From: a virus
Taxonomy: Duplodnaviria; Caudoviricetes
Length of the DNA: 33,499 nt
Reading direction: 5' to 3' (one strand)
Virus record (IMG/VR): IMGVR_UViG_3300020151_000735
Coordinates: 1 to 33,499 of that record
Both the position numbers and the translations under genes were made by a program. The notes under the pieces are model-generated. The model saw nothing but the letters and a program-made list of their open reading frames with translations. It searched no databases and was not told the origin of the DNA. Positions 19,220 to 29,900 of this stretch are shown one piece after another (positions within the stretch are counted from its first letter, which is position 1; each line of letters opens with the position of its first letter).

Positions 19220-19849
19220 ATGCGTAAATTTTTTACGTTTAAGATTTCAGACGAACCGTATAAAACAACTACTAGTTTAAATAAAACTGTAGATGCTATA
19301 TATGAAGGACCAAAATTTCTTGCTTTATGTGTTCACACACCCACAGGCGAAGTAAGATATATTGCTAGATCCGGAGAAACAGAAGACGATTTACAAATGA
19401 GTAATTTAGTCGACGACGACGAAGAGACAGAGTTTATCGTTTTAGATGCTAGTGAAAACACATTTGAAGCAGCATATTTAACCGGAACTTATACACACGA
19501 CCCAATACCGGACTATACTGAAACATTGCCAACAGGCGAAACTTGGAACTACTCATACTCCGGCGGCGGCATCAATCAAAACTACTATGGACAGGACCTG
19601 CTCTATTTAGATGGAGAATTCGGCACTCCGCGATTCAGAGAGCATGCCACTACTAGAGAAAGTGTACTTCAAGGTGCAGCAAATCTTGTCATTATGATAA
19701 CCAAATCCTTGGGCGAGAATGATTATACTAGTGAAGAAAAAGCCAAATTGGAAGAATATAAAACTTGGTTAAGCACTATTAATACTGCTTATCCTAATGT
19801 TGATCATTGGAAACTTCCATTCCCAGCAAATCCTCCTAAAATTTATTAA
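19220..19849 (+). CDS. Putative tail fibre assembly chaperone-like protein
   Basis: 209 aa, acidic, AGGAG RBS. The C-terminus EEKAKLEEYKTWLSTI...WKLPFPANPP resembles the helical/WP..P end of Tfa-type chaperones, and the gene follows fibre-like genes. Confidence 0.55.
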   Translation: MRKFFTFKISDEPYKTTTSLNKTVDAIYEGPKFLALCVHTPTGEVRYIARSGETEDDLQMSNLVDDDEETEFIVLDASENTFEAAYLTGTYTHDPIPDYTETLPTGETWNYSYSGGGINQNYYGQDLLYLDGEFGTPRFREHATTRESVLQGAANLVIMITKSLGENDYTSEEKAKLEEYKTWLSTINTAYPNVDHWKLPFPANPPKIY

Positions 19850-19854
19850 AATTA

Positions 19855-19883
19855 TTGACTCTTAATTAGTCTGGTGCTATTAT
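19855..19883 (+). promoter_or_regulatory. Sigma70-type promoter: TTGACT-17 bp-TATTAT with extended -10 TG
   Basis: -35 at 19855-19860, TG at 19875-19876, -10 at 19878-19883. GAGG RBS and ATG 19927 lie downstream. Confidence 0.72.
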
Positions 19884-19915
19884 ATTAAAAGATATATAAT
19901 AGGCCAGACTTTTTT
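19868..19915 (+). terminator. Hairpin plus T-tract, candidate intrinsic terminator for the upstream structural transcript
   Basis: AGTCTGG-tg-CTATTATAT pairs with ATATAATAG-g-CCAGACT (19868-19910), followed directly by TTTTT. Confidence 0.6.
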
Positions 19916-19926
19916 ACGAGGGTTAA

Positions 19927-20865
19927 ATGAGTAGATCCAAAGCATTTTTTATCAACGGTGGAGCAGGAAGAGTAATTTGTTCAATTCCTGCCTTAGAAAA
20001 ATACGAACAAGAATCCGGAGATAAAGATTTCATAATTGTGTGCGAAGGTGGCACAGACTTATTCAAAGGTCATCCGACCTTAGATGACAGAACTTATGAC
20101 CATTGGCACAAAAATCTTTTTAAAGAAAAAATTAAAGATAGAGATGTCGTTAGTCCAGAGCCTTATAGAATATGGGAATACTACAATCAAGAATGCAGCC
20201 TAGCACAGGCATTCGACATCGAAATTAACGGTAAGGGAATTAGAGAATTACCTAAACCTAATCTATACCTATCCAAAGAAGAACTATTACACGGTCGTCA
20301 GGTAATAGGAGAAATTAAGAAGACACTGAAGAAAGAAAAAACTATTGTTGTTCAGCCGTTTGGTCGAGGCATCCAATACATTGATGAAAGTTTTGTAGAT
20401 CCTACTAGTCGTAGTATTGAATATAGAGATGTAAAGACACTGATTAGAAAATTACAAGAACAAGGTTTCGCTGTTATCATGATGAGCGAAATTAAATTAG
20501 ACTTAAGAGAAGAAAAATACAAAGACGATGTAGCAGCTCCTGAAAATGTAGGACTGCGTCAATGGGCTGCTATTATCAAGTACGCTGATCATTTTTTTGG
20601 CTGTGACAGTGTGGGACAGCATTTAGCCTATGCTATGAACAAACCTACTACTGTAGTATTAGGATCAACGTATCCAATTAATGTGTCATATCCTAATATT
20701 CCTACAGTTAACATCTTAGACATGGGGGAAGATTCGAGAGAGTACAGTCCTATTAGAATTACTCCAGACGAACGTGTAGATCGTAAACACGAACACATAA
20801 TGAGTATGACTCCAGAAATTCACGATTACGTAATCAACACCATATTAGGAAAAGCAGAAAAATGA
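19927..20865 (+). CDS. Glycosyltransferase family 9-like (heptosyltransferase-like, GT-B fold) protein
   Basis: 312 aa. C-terminal LRQWAAIIKYADHFFGCDSVGQHLAYAMNKPTTVVLGST matches the GT9 DS(G)..HLA.A...P.V.L.G.T motif. N-terminal GGAGRVICSIPAL. Confidence 0.75.
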   Translation: MSRSKAFFINGGAGRVICSIPALEKYEQESGDKDFIIVCEGGTDLFKGHPTLDDRTYDHWHKNLFKEKIKDRDVVSPEPYRIWEYYNQECSLAQAFDIEINGKGIRELPKPNLYLSKEELLHGRQVIGEIKKTLKKEKTIVVQPFGRGIQYIDESFVDPTSRSIEYRDVKTLIRKLQEQGFAVIMMSEIKLDLREEKYKDDVAAPENVGLRQWAAIIKYADHFFGCDSVGQHLAYAMNKPTTVVLGSTYPINVSYPNIPTVNILDMGEDSREYSPIRITPDERVDRKHEHIMSMTPEIHDYVINTILGKAEK

Positions 20866-22673
20866 CATCGAATACTAATTTAAAAACCGGCTGGATAGCA
20901 GCTATTGCCAGAGGACACAACGCAGGTGTATGTTTGCTCAAAGACGGCGAAGTTATTTTTAGCATTGAAGAAGAACGCCTTACTCGACAAAAGTATGATG
21001 GCGGTCCTTATGCTAGCATGATGAAAATATTAGAATACACTGATAAGATCGATTATCTTATTATTGCTCATACACAATCGCTCCAGACTACAGCAGCCCG
21101 TGTAGACTACACCGGAGACGACGTGTATACAGGTCTAGCACGTAAACTAGGCCTAATTGATCGTAGAGAAAATTTACATGCGCATCCACAAGTAGTAGAT
21201 TTTAGCTACATGCATCACAAATTACATAGTGCTTGTGCGTTTTATCGCAGTGGTTGGGATGATGCTGTTAGTGTTATTGTCGATGGTGCTGGTACATTTA
21301 TTCAAATTCAGTATGGCAATGATCCTATGACTATATGGGAAGTTGAAAGTATTGTAGATTGTGGTTATCCTGCTAATTTCAAAACACTGTATAAACACTA
21401 TGGAACTTTAGAACCTGTTCCTGGAATTTACTGGGAACAATTAGAGTCGGATAATTTTGGAGAAAAAGGGAAATTCCACGAAGCGCATCTTACAGATCGA
21501 GCTGGCATTGTTAAAGTATATGAAGGCGTAACTGAGTACTGTGGATTTAGCGGAATTGAAGCAGGTAAGACCATGGGACTTTTTCCATACGGTAAAGAGA
21601 ATGATAGTATTCCTAAACTGTTTGACACTGATTCTAAAATTCCATTAAGCAATAGGAATTTAATTGTACCTAATTATCCAAATGGTGCTAAAGTAAACGC
21701 AGAACTATTTGATTTCTTAGACGAAAAACTAGGAGAAGATACACCGGATGTTACCTATCTTCAAAGTCGCAGAGACCTTGCCTACGCTGTTCAAACACAA
21801 ACTCAAGAACAAGTGTTAAGACTTATTCGCAAAGCTGTAGAGATGACTGGCAAGAAACGTGTGGTCATCAGCGGAGGATACGGTCTAAACTGCGTGGCTA
21901 ACTATTGGTACCTCGAACAGTTAAAAGACGAAGGTATTGAAATTTATGTCGAGCCTATTAGCAATGATGCTGGTACTGCTATGGGCGCCGCACTACTGTT
22001 TTGGCATGATGCAACTGGTAGTAAAGAGATTCAAACACTGGATACCTTATATCTTGGACCAGAACACAAGTATTCTGAAAAAGAAATCTTGGAAAAAGTT
22101 AACTATGCTGGCGGCGAAGTTGTTAGCGCAACCTATGAAGATATAGTCGAGTTATTAACTAAGAAAAATATTGTTAGTATGTTTCAAGGACGTAGTGAAA
22201 ACGGCCCACGAGCACTAGGAAATCGTAGCATCTTGTTTGACCCAACATTTAAAGATGGTAAAGATTATGTTAATCTAGTTAAACATCGTGAGTATTTCCG
22301 TCCGTTTGCTGGTACTATTTTACAAGACAAAGTACACGAATGGTTTGATCTTAGAGGTATGGAACAAAGTCCTCATATGATGTATGCTGTAAACTGTCAA
22401 CCTGGCGTAGCAGAAAAAATACCTAGTGTAATACATGTAGACGGTACTTGTAGAATTCAAACAGTTACACAAGAACAAAATGCTCATTTCTACAGCCTGA
22501 TAGATGCTTTTTACATAAAAACAGGAATTCCTATCCTGTTTAATACCAGCTTTAATTTAGGTGGTGATCCACTAGTTGAAACTCTAGATGATGCTATCAG
22601 CACATTAGTACGCAGCGATATCGAGTATCTGTTCCTGCCAGAATACGGAAAATTAATAAAAATTTCCAACTAA
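20862..22673 (+). CDS. Carbamoyltransferase, NodU/CmcH/TobZ family
   Basis: 603 aa, ATGA overlap with the GT gene. Motifs EEERLTRQK, HHKLH, VDGAG, GKTMGL.PYG, SGGYGLNCVAN, NDAGTAMGAA, E.GPRALGNRSIL, VKHREYFRPFA, HVDGTCRIQTV and NTSFN. Confidence 0.93.
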   Translation: MTSNTNLKTGWIAAIARGHNAGVCLLKDGEVIFSIEEERLTRQKYDGGPYASMMKILEYTDKIDYLIIAHTQSLQTTAARVDYTGDDVYTGLARKLGLIDRRENLHAHPQVVDFSYMHHKLHSACAFYRSGWDDAVSVIVDGAGTFIQIQYGNDPMTIWEVESIVDCGYPANFKTLYKHYGTLEPVPGIYWEQLESDNFGEKGKFHEAHLTDRAGIVKVYEGVTEYCGFSGIEAGKTMGLFPYGKENDSIPKLFDTDSKIPLSNRNLIVPNYPNGAKVNAELFDFLDEKLGEDTPDVTYLQSRRDLAYAVQTQTQEQVLRLIRKAVEMTGKKRVVISGGYGLNCVANYWYLEQLKDEGIEIYVEPISNDAGTAMGAALLFWHDATGSKEIQTLDTLYLGPEHKYSEKEILEKVNYAGGEVVSATYEDIVELLTKKNIVSMFQGRSENGPRALGNRSILFDPTFKDGKDYVNLVKHREYFRPFAGTILQDKVHEWFDLRGMEQSPHMMYAVNCQPGVAEKIPSVIHVDGTCRIQTVTQEQNAHFYSLIDAFYIKTGIPILFNTSFNLGGDPLVETLDDAISTLVRSDIEYLFLPEYGKLIKISN

Positions 22674-22680
22674 TCACATA

Positions 22681-22729
22681 AATTCTACCAATATACTGAT
22701 ATGCTAAATACAGTTATATTGGTAGAATT
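22681..22729 (+). promoter_or_regulatory. Perfect 15-bp inverted repeat with a late-promoter-like CTAAATA in the loop
   Basis: AATTCTACCAATATA (22681-22695) pairs with TATATTGGTAGAATT (22715-22729), extended by CTG/CAG. CTAAATA is at 22704-22710 and the ATG at 22732. Confidence 0.75.
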
Positions 22730-22731
22730 AC

Positions 22732-23889
22732 ATGTTAAACTTTCCTAGCTTTTTTGATCAGGGTGTTCAATCCACGTTACGGTTAAAACCCGGAGTTAAC
22801 TGGTCTCATAAAGGGCAGTGGGTTCAAATTTTTAATGATACTGAAATTGATCGCTGGTATGTGGGCGATTTCAGTAGCGTCAGCTATCAAATTACTGTAG
22901 AATATAATAGCAACAAAAAAGAAGTATTAAATGCTCTCGTTGTGGCAAGACCCTCCGAAGCCAGTATAGTTGTATACGGAAGAGTTAGTATCGACGACGA
23001 GTTAATTACGTTAACTGCCACTGTCAACGATAGTTATCTTAGCTTAAAAGCTTCTCCAACAATAGCTACGTTCGATGGCGCAAAATTAATTTTTGTGGCA
23101 ACGTATGCCCAAACTATCAATGATCTAACTGTTCCAGAAGCATTAAGTTATGATACTCCTCAAGAGGAAACACCTGGTAGCGGTAGTATCGGCAGTGGTC
23201 CTGTTACTTATATAAAAAAATTCAAATCCGATAGCGGGTTTCGAACAACAGGTTTTGCTGTAGCTGACGGACTGTTACAGGTTAATAATTTAGATACCGA
23301 TTCGTTTGTCACAAACTCATTAGAAATTGGCGGTGAATCTCCTGTCTTCTCAGTCATCGAGGGCGTAGTTACAATTAATAGCATAGCAGGAATTCCTGGT
23401 TCTATTAATAATATGAATATTGGTACTATAACTCCTGCTAGTGCTGTTATTACTAATCTTAGTGTAACGTCAAGTTTAGTTGCTAACACTACAGGAAATA
23501 TTTCTATTATTCCTAGTGGAACAGTTACAATCAATCCTGGTCTTACTGGAGTTATTGATAATACTATCATCGGTAGTACTGATCCTAAAGCAGCAAATTT
23601 TACCACTGCTTTCGCTATATCATTGTCCAGCACTACCGGTACAATTACAACTTTAAATAGTACCACTGGTACAGTAACGACCTTAAATAGTACTACAGGT
23701 AATATTACCAATATTAACTCTACTACAGTTACAGCAACTAATGTAACCATTAATAACAGTTTAACAGTCGATAGTGTTACCGCAAATGAAATAACAATTA
23801 ACAATGCGCCTTCGGGTCCAGATAAAGCAACTAGAAAAGATTATGTTGACGCCACAGCCGCAGCTCTAGCAATAGCTCTTGGCGCTTAA
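22732..23889 (+). CDS. Virion structural/fibre-like protein
   Basis: 385 aa. N-terminal beta domain (EIDRWYVGDFSSVSYQITVE), Thr-rich stalk, and C-terminal ATRKDYVD fibre motif followed by AAALAIALGA. Confidence 0.72.
   Translation: MLNFPSFFDQGVQSTLRLKPGVNWSHKGQWVQIFNDTEIDRWYVGDFSSVSYQITVEYNSNKKEVLNALVVARPSEASIVVYGRVSIDDELITLTATVNDSYLSLKASPTIATFDGAKLIFVATYAQTINDLTVPEALSYDTPQEETPGSGSIGSGPVTYIKKFKSDSGFRTTGFAVADGLLQVNNLDTDSFVTNSLEIGGESPVFSVIEGVVTINSIAGIPGSINNMNIGTITPASAVITNLSVTSSLVANTTGNISIIPSGTVTINPGLTGVIDNTIIGSTDPKAANFTTAFAISLSSTTGTITTLNSTTGTVTTLNSTTGNITNINSTTVTATNVTINNSLTVDSVTANEITINNAPSGPDKATRKDYVDATAAALAIALGA
23621..23730 (+). repeat. About four 10-aa (30-nt) tandem repeats L(N/S)STTG(T/N)(I/V)TT
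   Basis: LSSTTGTITT LNSTTGTVTT LNSTTGNITN INSTTV. Confidence 0.85.
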
Positions 23890-23900
23890 CGGGGAACTAA

Positions 23901-26900
23901 ATGTCAAAGAAAAGAATTCAAAATTATGTTTTTTTACCAGGTGTAGCTAGCAGTAGTAACGCCTATCCTGACGCTTATACATTATTAACTAATAATAAAG
24001 AATTTATTAAAAAAGAAGCAACTGCGTTTATTAGTAATAGTATAACCACAGATCAAGCAATTAATTTAAATATTAATGCTGTAACATTACTAACTAACAA
24101 CAAAGAATTTTTAAAGAAAGAGATCAGAGCTTATATAGCATCCCGTGTAACAGCCAGTACCGGACCGTTCGCAGGATTTACCTATGACGCTGACAAATGC
24201 GAACGTGATGTTGGTTATATAATCGATGCTTACATTTATGATTTACGATATGGCGGCAACGAACAGATTAGATATGTAGCAGCACAATATTGGCTAGGCG
24301 GAACACCTCAAGTAGACGGTAGTCGCCAAGCAGAAATATGGGCGCATACTAAATTAAGAGACATAATAATCAAAAATGTTTTTACAAGAACTCTTTATTC
24401 AACAGAACAAGTAGGAGGTGTTGCACAAAATACATCAGGTGCTGATGCCGAAACTCACATGCAACAACGACTAAGTTCGTTATCTGAAATTTTGTTAGAT
24501 GTTATCACTAACGGATTAAGTGTATTACAAGAAATTAATTCTTATCCAAATGCTGTTAGTTTACTTACAAGAAATAAAGAATTTTTAAAGGAAGAAATTA
24601 CTGCCTGGATTGCTACACAGGTAGCAGGTAATATTGCTCCATTCGTTGGATTTACCTATGATACTCTTAAATGTAAACGAGATGTCGGATATGTTATCGA
24701 AGCATATATCTATGATTTAAACAATGACGGAACAGAAAAAACTCGAGAAGTAGCGCAACAATATTGGCTAGGCGGTATTGCACAAATTGATGGTGACCGA
24801 AGTGCAGAAATAGCTGCACATACAAGATTAGCTACTATCATTAATAGCAACATTTTAACAAAAATACTTTTAACAACTGTTCAAAATCCAGTGATAACTA
24901 ACCAAGATATAACTGGAGTATCTGCCGAAGCTGGTACTACTACTATTATCAGTACACTGTCAGGAATATTTTTAAATGTTCTTCAAAATGGGTTAGTTGG
25001 ATTATCAGCAACTAATTTAAAACCCAATGCAGTTACTTTATTAACTAATAATAAAGAATTTTTAAAAGATGAAATCACCGCTTGGATTGCCACACAGGTT
25101 GCTGGCAGTATTGCTCCTTTTGTTGGCTATACATACGATGCCGCTAAATGTAAACGCGATGTAGGGTATATTATTGATGGATATATCTATGACATACGCT
25201 ATGGCGGCAAAGAAGGAACTAGAGATATAATTAGTCAATATTGGGTAGGAACAACGGCACAAGTAGACGGCAATAGAGCTCCAGAAGTAGCTGCTCATAA
25301 CAAGCTAAGAGATATTATTAATAATAATATCCTTCCAAAAACAAGTTACACTAGCGTACAAAGTCCAGTTACTAGCACACAAAATACTTCAGGATCAGCA
25401 GGCGAAGCTGGCACAACTACTATTGTTACTAGTCTTGCTAGTGTAGTTACTGGAGTTATCGCTAACGGTTTAAGTAGTTTACCAGTAGTTCCATTAACAC
25501 AAAGCCTGAGAAATTTCGCTGGTTATGTATACGATACTAGTAAATGTGAACGAGATATTGGGTATGTTTTAGATGCCTATGCCAATGATTTACGATACGG
25601 CGGAAACATTGAAATAAGATTTGTAGCCAGTAGATATTGGGAAGGACAAACTCCACAAGTCGATGGTGATCGTCGTCCTGAAATTAAAACACATGAATTT
25701 ATTAGAAATTTAATTAACAGTTTTATTTTCACTCAGGCAACTTATACACCACTTCAAGGAACAGTATCAAGATATACAAATGGCGGAATTACTTATGAAT
25801 CCAATGCTCCTGCAAGGATTTATACTTTAGAAGACATTTTATCTAGTGTAATAGAAAATGGGTTATCGAGTATTCCTTCAAGAAGTAATGGTGTTACACA
25901 ATTAAAGATTCAAGGAAAAATAAATCTTGAAGAAGTATTATTAATTACTAATACAACAAATAATCAAATTCTTTATAATTTTAGTAGCTCAGAATACGGA
26001 GCTGAAATAGATTATTTCGCCACTTACAATAGCAATGGATTTTATAGGGATGAGGACTATCCATCATTTTTACAAACAGCAGATTATGTCACAACAATAA
26101 CACTAGATGCCGATACTAGTACTAGTAGTTCTTCAGACGACGTACAAATTTTTGTAGAAACGAATGAGCTAACAATCCGTCCATGGGATTTTGGAACTGA
26201 TGCTATCGAACGTATGCGTGTAGCAACACCGCAGTCTATGCTTGATGCTGACTTTGAATACGGACTACAGCCAACAAAGTGGCAGGCTATTGGATTATTA
26301 AGACAATATCCTAGTGTATATGAAATTCCAGGTACAGATACCACAGTGTCTAGTGTAGTCACAGATGCTAGCACAGGTACAGGAAATATTGGTGCTAGTT
26401 TAATTACAGTTACTACACAAGGGCCACATGGTTTTATATTAGGAACTCCGATCACAATTAAGGCATTGGCTAATACTATTACTGGGTTTAGTAGAGCAGA
26501 AGGTACTTTCTTAGTTAATAGTGTCCCAACTACTACAACATTTACCTATTACAGTGCTAGTAAAGTTGGTACTACAAATGGACAAGTTCTTGCCACAACT
26601 TATACACAACTTAGAAAAGCTGCTTTCTATACAGGTGCTAGTGTAGGAGCTCCTGTGTTTAGTGTGTATAGTCCAGGCAGCGTAGGCACAATCACTTCAG
26701 AATTCATTACTACATCTGGTTCGGATCAAATCGCCTTTACTGGTTCAGCACCATCGTTAGGTGCTCCATTAACAGCATCCGGAATCAATCCAGGCACCCA
26801 AGTTTCAGGTATAGTAGGCACAGGCGGCATCGCTGCTAGCACAACTGTCTTAACTACTGTAAATTCTGGTGCTACTTCGTTTGATATATCAAACCCTAGC

Positions 26901-29900
26901 GGGGTTCTCGAAGGACTGGCAATCGACAATGGTAGCGGGACTGCAATTTTTGTTAACGGCTTGTCAGGATCTACAGTATCATTATCTGGACCTATTACCG
27001 CTAATTTAGTCGGCGATACCGCAGTATATACAAATGTAGCAGGCGTAACTTCTGCAGCCTCGGGTAGTAGTGCGCAATTTGATGTAAGTAGGATAAGCAA
27101 TGCATATGGCGATGTCGCTATTACTAGTGCCGGTACCGGTTATAATCTTGGAGATCAGATTCTCATAACAGGTAATAATTTAGGGGGAGCTACTCCTGCT
27201 AATAACCTTACAATTACAGTAACGAATACTAATCTTTCTGGAGGAATAACAGATATTTCTTGGACTGGAACCAGTATTGTGGTAAGTGTTATCGAGACGG
27301 CATATCCTCAAGATTCTACATCTGGATCTGGCTTAGGATCTACCTGGGACATCATTAGAACTGATGCTAATGACAGCACAGGCAATGGCGGAACTTATTC
27401 GATATCAGTGAATAACGTAGGAACGGGATTTGCACCTGGCAACACAATCACTTTACTTGGTACTAGTTTTGGTGGTACATCACCAACTAACGATATTACA
27501 ATTACTGTGTTATCAGTAGACAGTGGAACCGGTGTAGAAACTATTATAACTAGCGGCACAGCAGTAGGAACAGATCAAACATTTACTTCATTGTCAGGCA
27601 CTAATGTTCCAAATGATGGATTAGGTGCAACATTCGATGTAACACGAACCGGAGGCTCATATACTATTGTGAACTTTAATAATTCTGGTACTGGATACGA
27701 TGTTGGCAATCTTATTACAATTTTAGGAACTGATTTAGAAGGAACTTCGCCTGCTAATGATATTGAAGTTACTGTACAATCTGTATCAGCAGGATCTATT
27801 TCTTCATTGACTGCTACAGGCACAGCAGTCAATGGATCGGCAGCTGATTTCTATAGTGCATTAACACTCAGTGAAGTTACGACTGGGGCAATTGCAGATG
27901 GTACTTCAATTTCTTACGCAGCTATTTCAGGCATTCAAGTAGAGTTTGCTACAGCACACGGATTAGTTCCCGGAGCTAGTATTACTACATCTATTAGTAG
28001 TAATGGAACTAATCACGGATATGCCGCTGGTCCATTTTTTGTAGAAAGTGTTCCTACACCAACAAGAATTCGTTACACAGCAAGAACTAGCGGAACAGTA
28101 GATACATCATCGGTGGCACTTACAGGAACAGTATATACAAGGTCAGATGCATACTTTATTCATAGACCTTATGACGGTGGTGTTCAGTTAGGAACAGGCG
28201 GCCCGCAACATGGTGCTCAAGCAATTCGTATGAGTAAGAAATACATTCGTTATCAGTCAGGTAAGGGTGTAATGTATACCACTGGTGCGCTGTTTGCACC
28301 AAGCTATGATTTGCAAAGTTTGACTGCTACTGGCACAGCAATCGGATCATATATTACAATAATAACAGATGACGTTGACCACGGATGTCAGGTCGGTGGT
28401 GTTATCAAAATTAAAGGTGTAGAAACTGCCGGATATAATGGCACATATACCGTTGCTGATATCGTAAATGAAAGACAATTTAGAGTACAAGCACAGACAG
28501 TATTAAGTAACGTCTATGCTACCTTATCTGGACAAAGTCAGATGAGCTTAGTGAATTGGCATGGCGCAACCGTTCGTGCAGGAGTATTTGATGAACAAAA
28601 CGGCATGTTCTGGCAATATAATGGACAAACGTTGAGTGTTGGCAGAAGAACAAGTACCTTTCAACTTGCAGGAACAGTGAGTATACCTAGGGATACTAAT
28701 CTAATTACAGGTACAAATACAAGATTCAGGGATCAATTACAAGCTGGAGATAAAATTGTTATTAAAGGAATGACACATACTGTTTCTAATGTTGACAGTC
28801 AAACTAGTATGACGGTTACTCCAGATTACAGGGGAGCAGTCGACGCTACCAGTAGTAAATTATGTAAAGTTGAAGATATAATTATTCCGCAAAATGAATT
28901 TAATATGGATAGATTAGACGGCAATGGACCAAGCGGTTATAATGTAGATGTAAGTACCATGCAAATGATTGGTATTCAATATACATGGTACGGTGCTGGA
29001 TTCATCGATTACATGCTAAGAGGCAGCAACGGTAATTATGTTTTCGTGCATCGTATTAGAAATAGTAATACTAATACCGAAGCTTACATGCGTACTGGTA
29101 ACTTACCTGTTAGATACGAAGTTATTAATGAAAGCGCCGTAGATAAATTAGTCAGTTCAATTACTGCTACACAAACAACTGTTCCATTAGTTAATGCGAC
29201 TAATTTTCCAAACGAGTCTGGCGTCATAATGATTGACAATGAATTAATAGCATTTACTGGAAAGAGCGGAAATACCTTAACTGGTTGTACTAGAGCAGCT
29301 CCGATGACTAATTTTGTAGCAGGTGCTTCGAGAACATTTACAGCAGGATCTGCTAGTACACACGAATATAATACAGGCGTAGTTTTAGTTAGTAATACTA
29401 TTAGTCCAATCATTAGTCACTGGGGTAGTGCGTTCTTAACAGACGGTTTGTTTGATGAAGACCGAGGATATTTGTTTAACTATGCTGCTACTAACGTGGC
29501 TATTACAACTACTAAGAAAACAGCTTTCTTAATTAGACTAGCACCTAGTGTATCCAATGCGATTGTTGGAGATCTTGGAGAACGCGAGTTATTAAATCGT
29601 GCGCAACTACTACTAAAAGGTATTGAAATTACAGCTGATACAGGCACTGGCGGTATTGTTGTAGAAGGAGTGTTAAATCCACAAAACTACCCTATTAGTC
29701 CGTCGGATATTGCCTGGCAAGGATTACAAGGGTCAGCACAAGGCGGGCAACCAAGCTTCAGTCAGATTGCTCCTGGTGGTTCTGTTGTTTGGAGTCAAGC
29801 AAGTCAAACAACTGCCACTGCTACTACACTAGCATTTCCTACAGGAAGTATTACAGCTAGAGCACTGACTTGGCGTAGTAATAGAAGTCTTGAAAATGGA

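Noticed and set aside
23964-25877. Assigning a cyanobacterial host from the phycobiliprotein-like motif
   Set aside because: No photosynthesis or bilin-synthesis genes are present in the window, so the host cannot be inferred from this motif.
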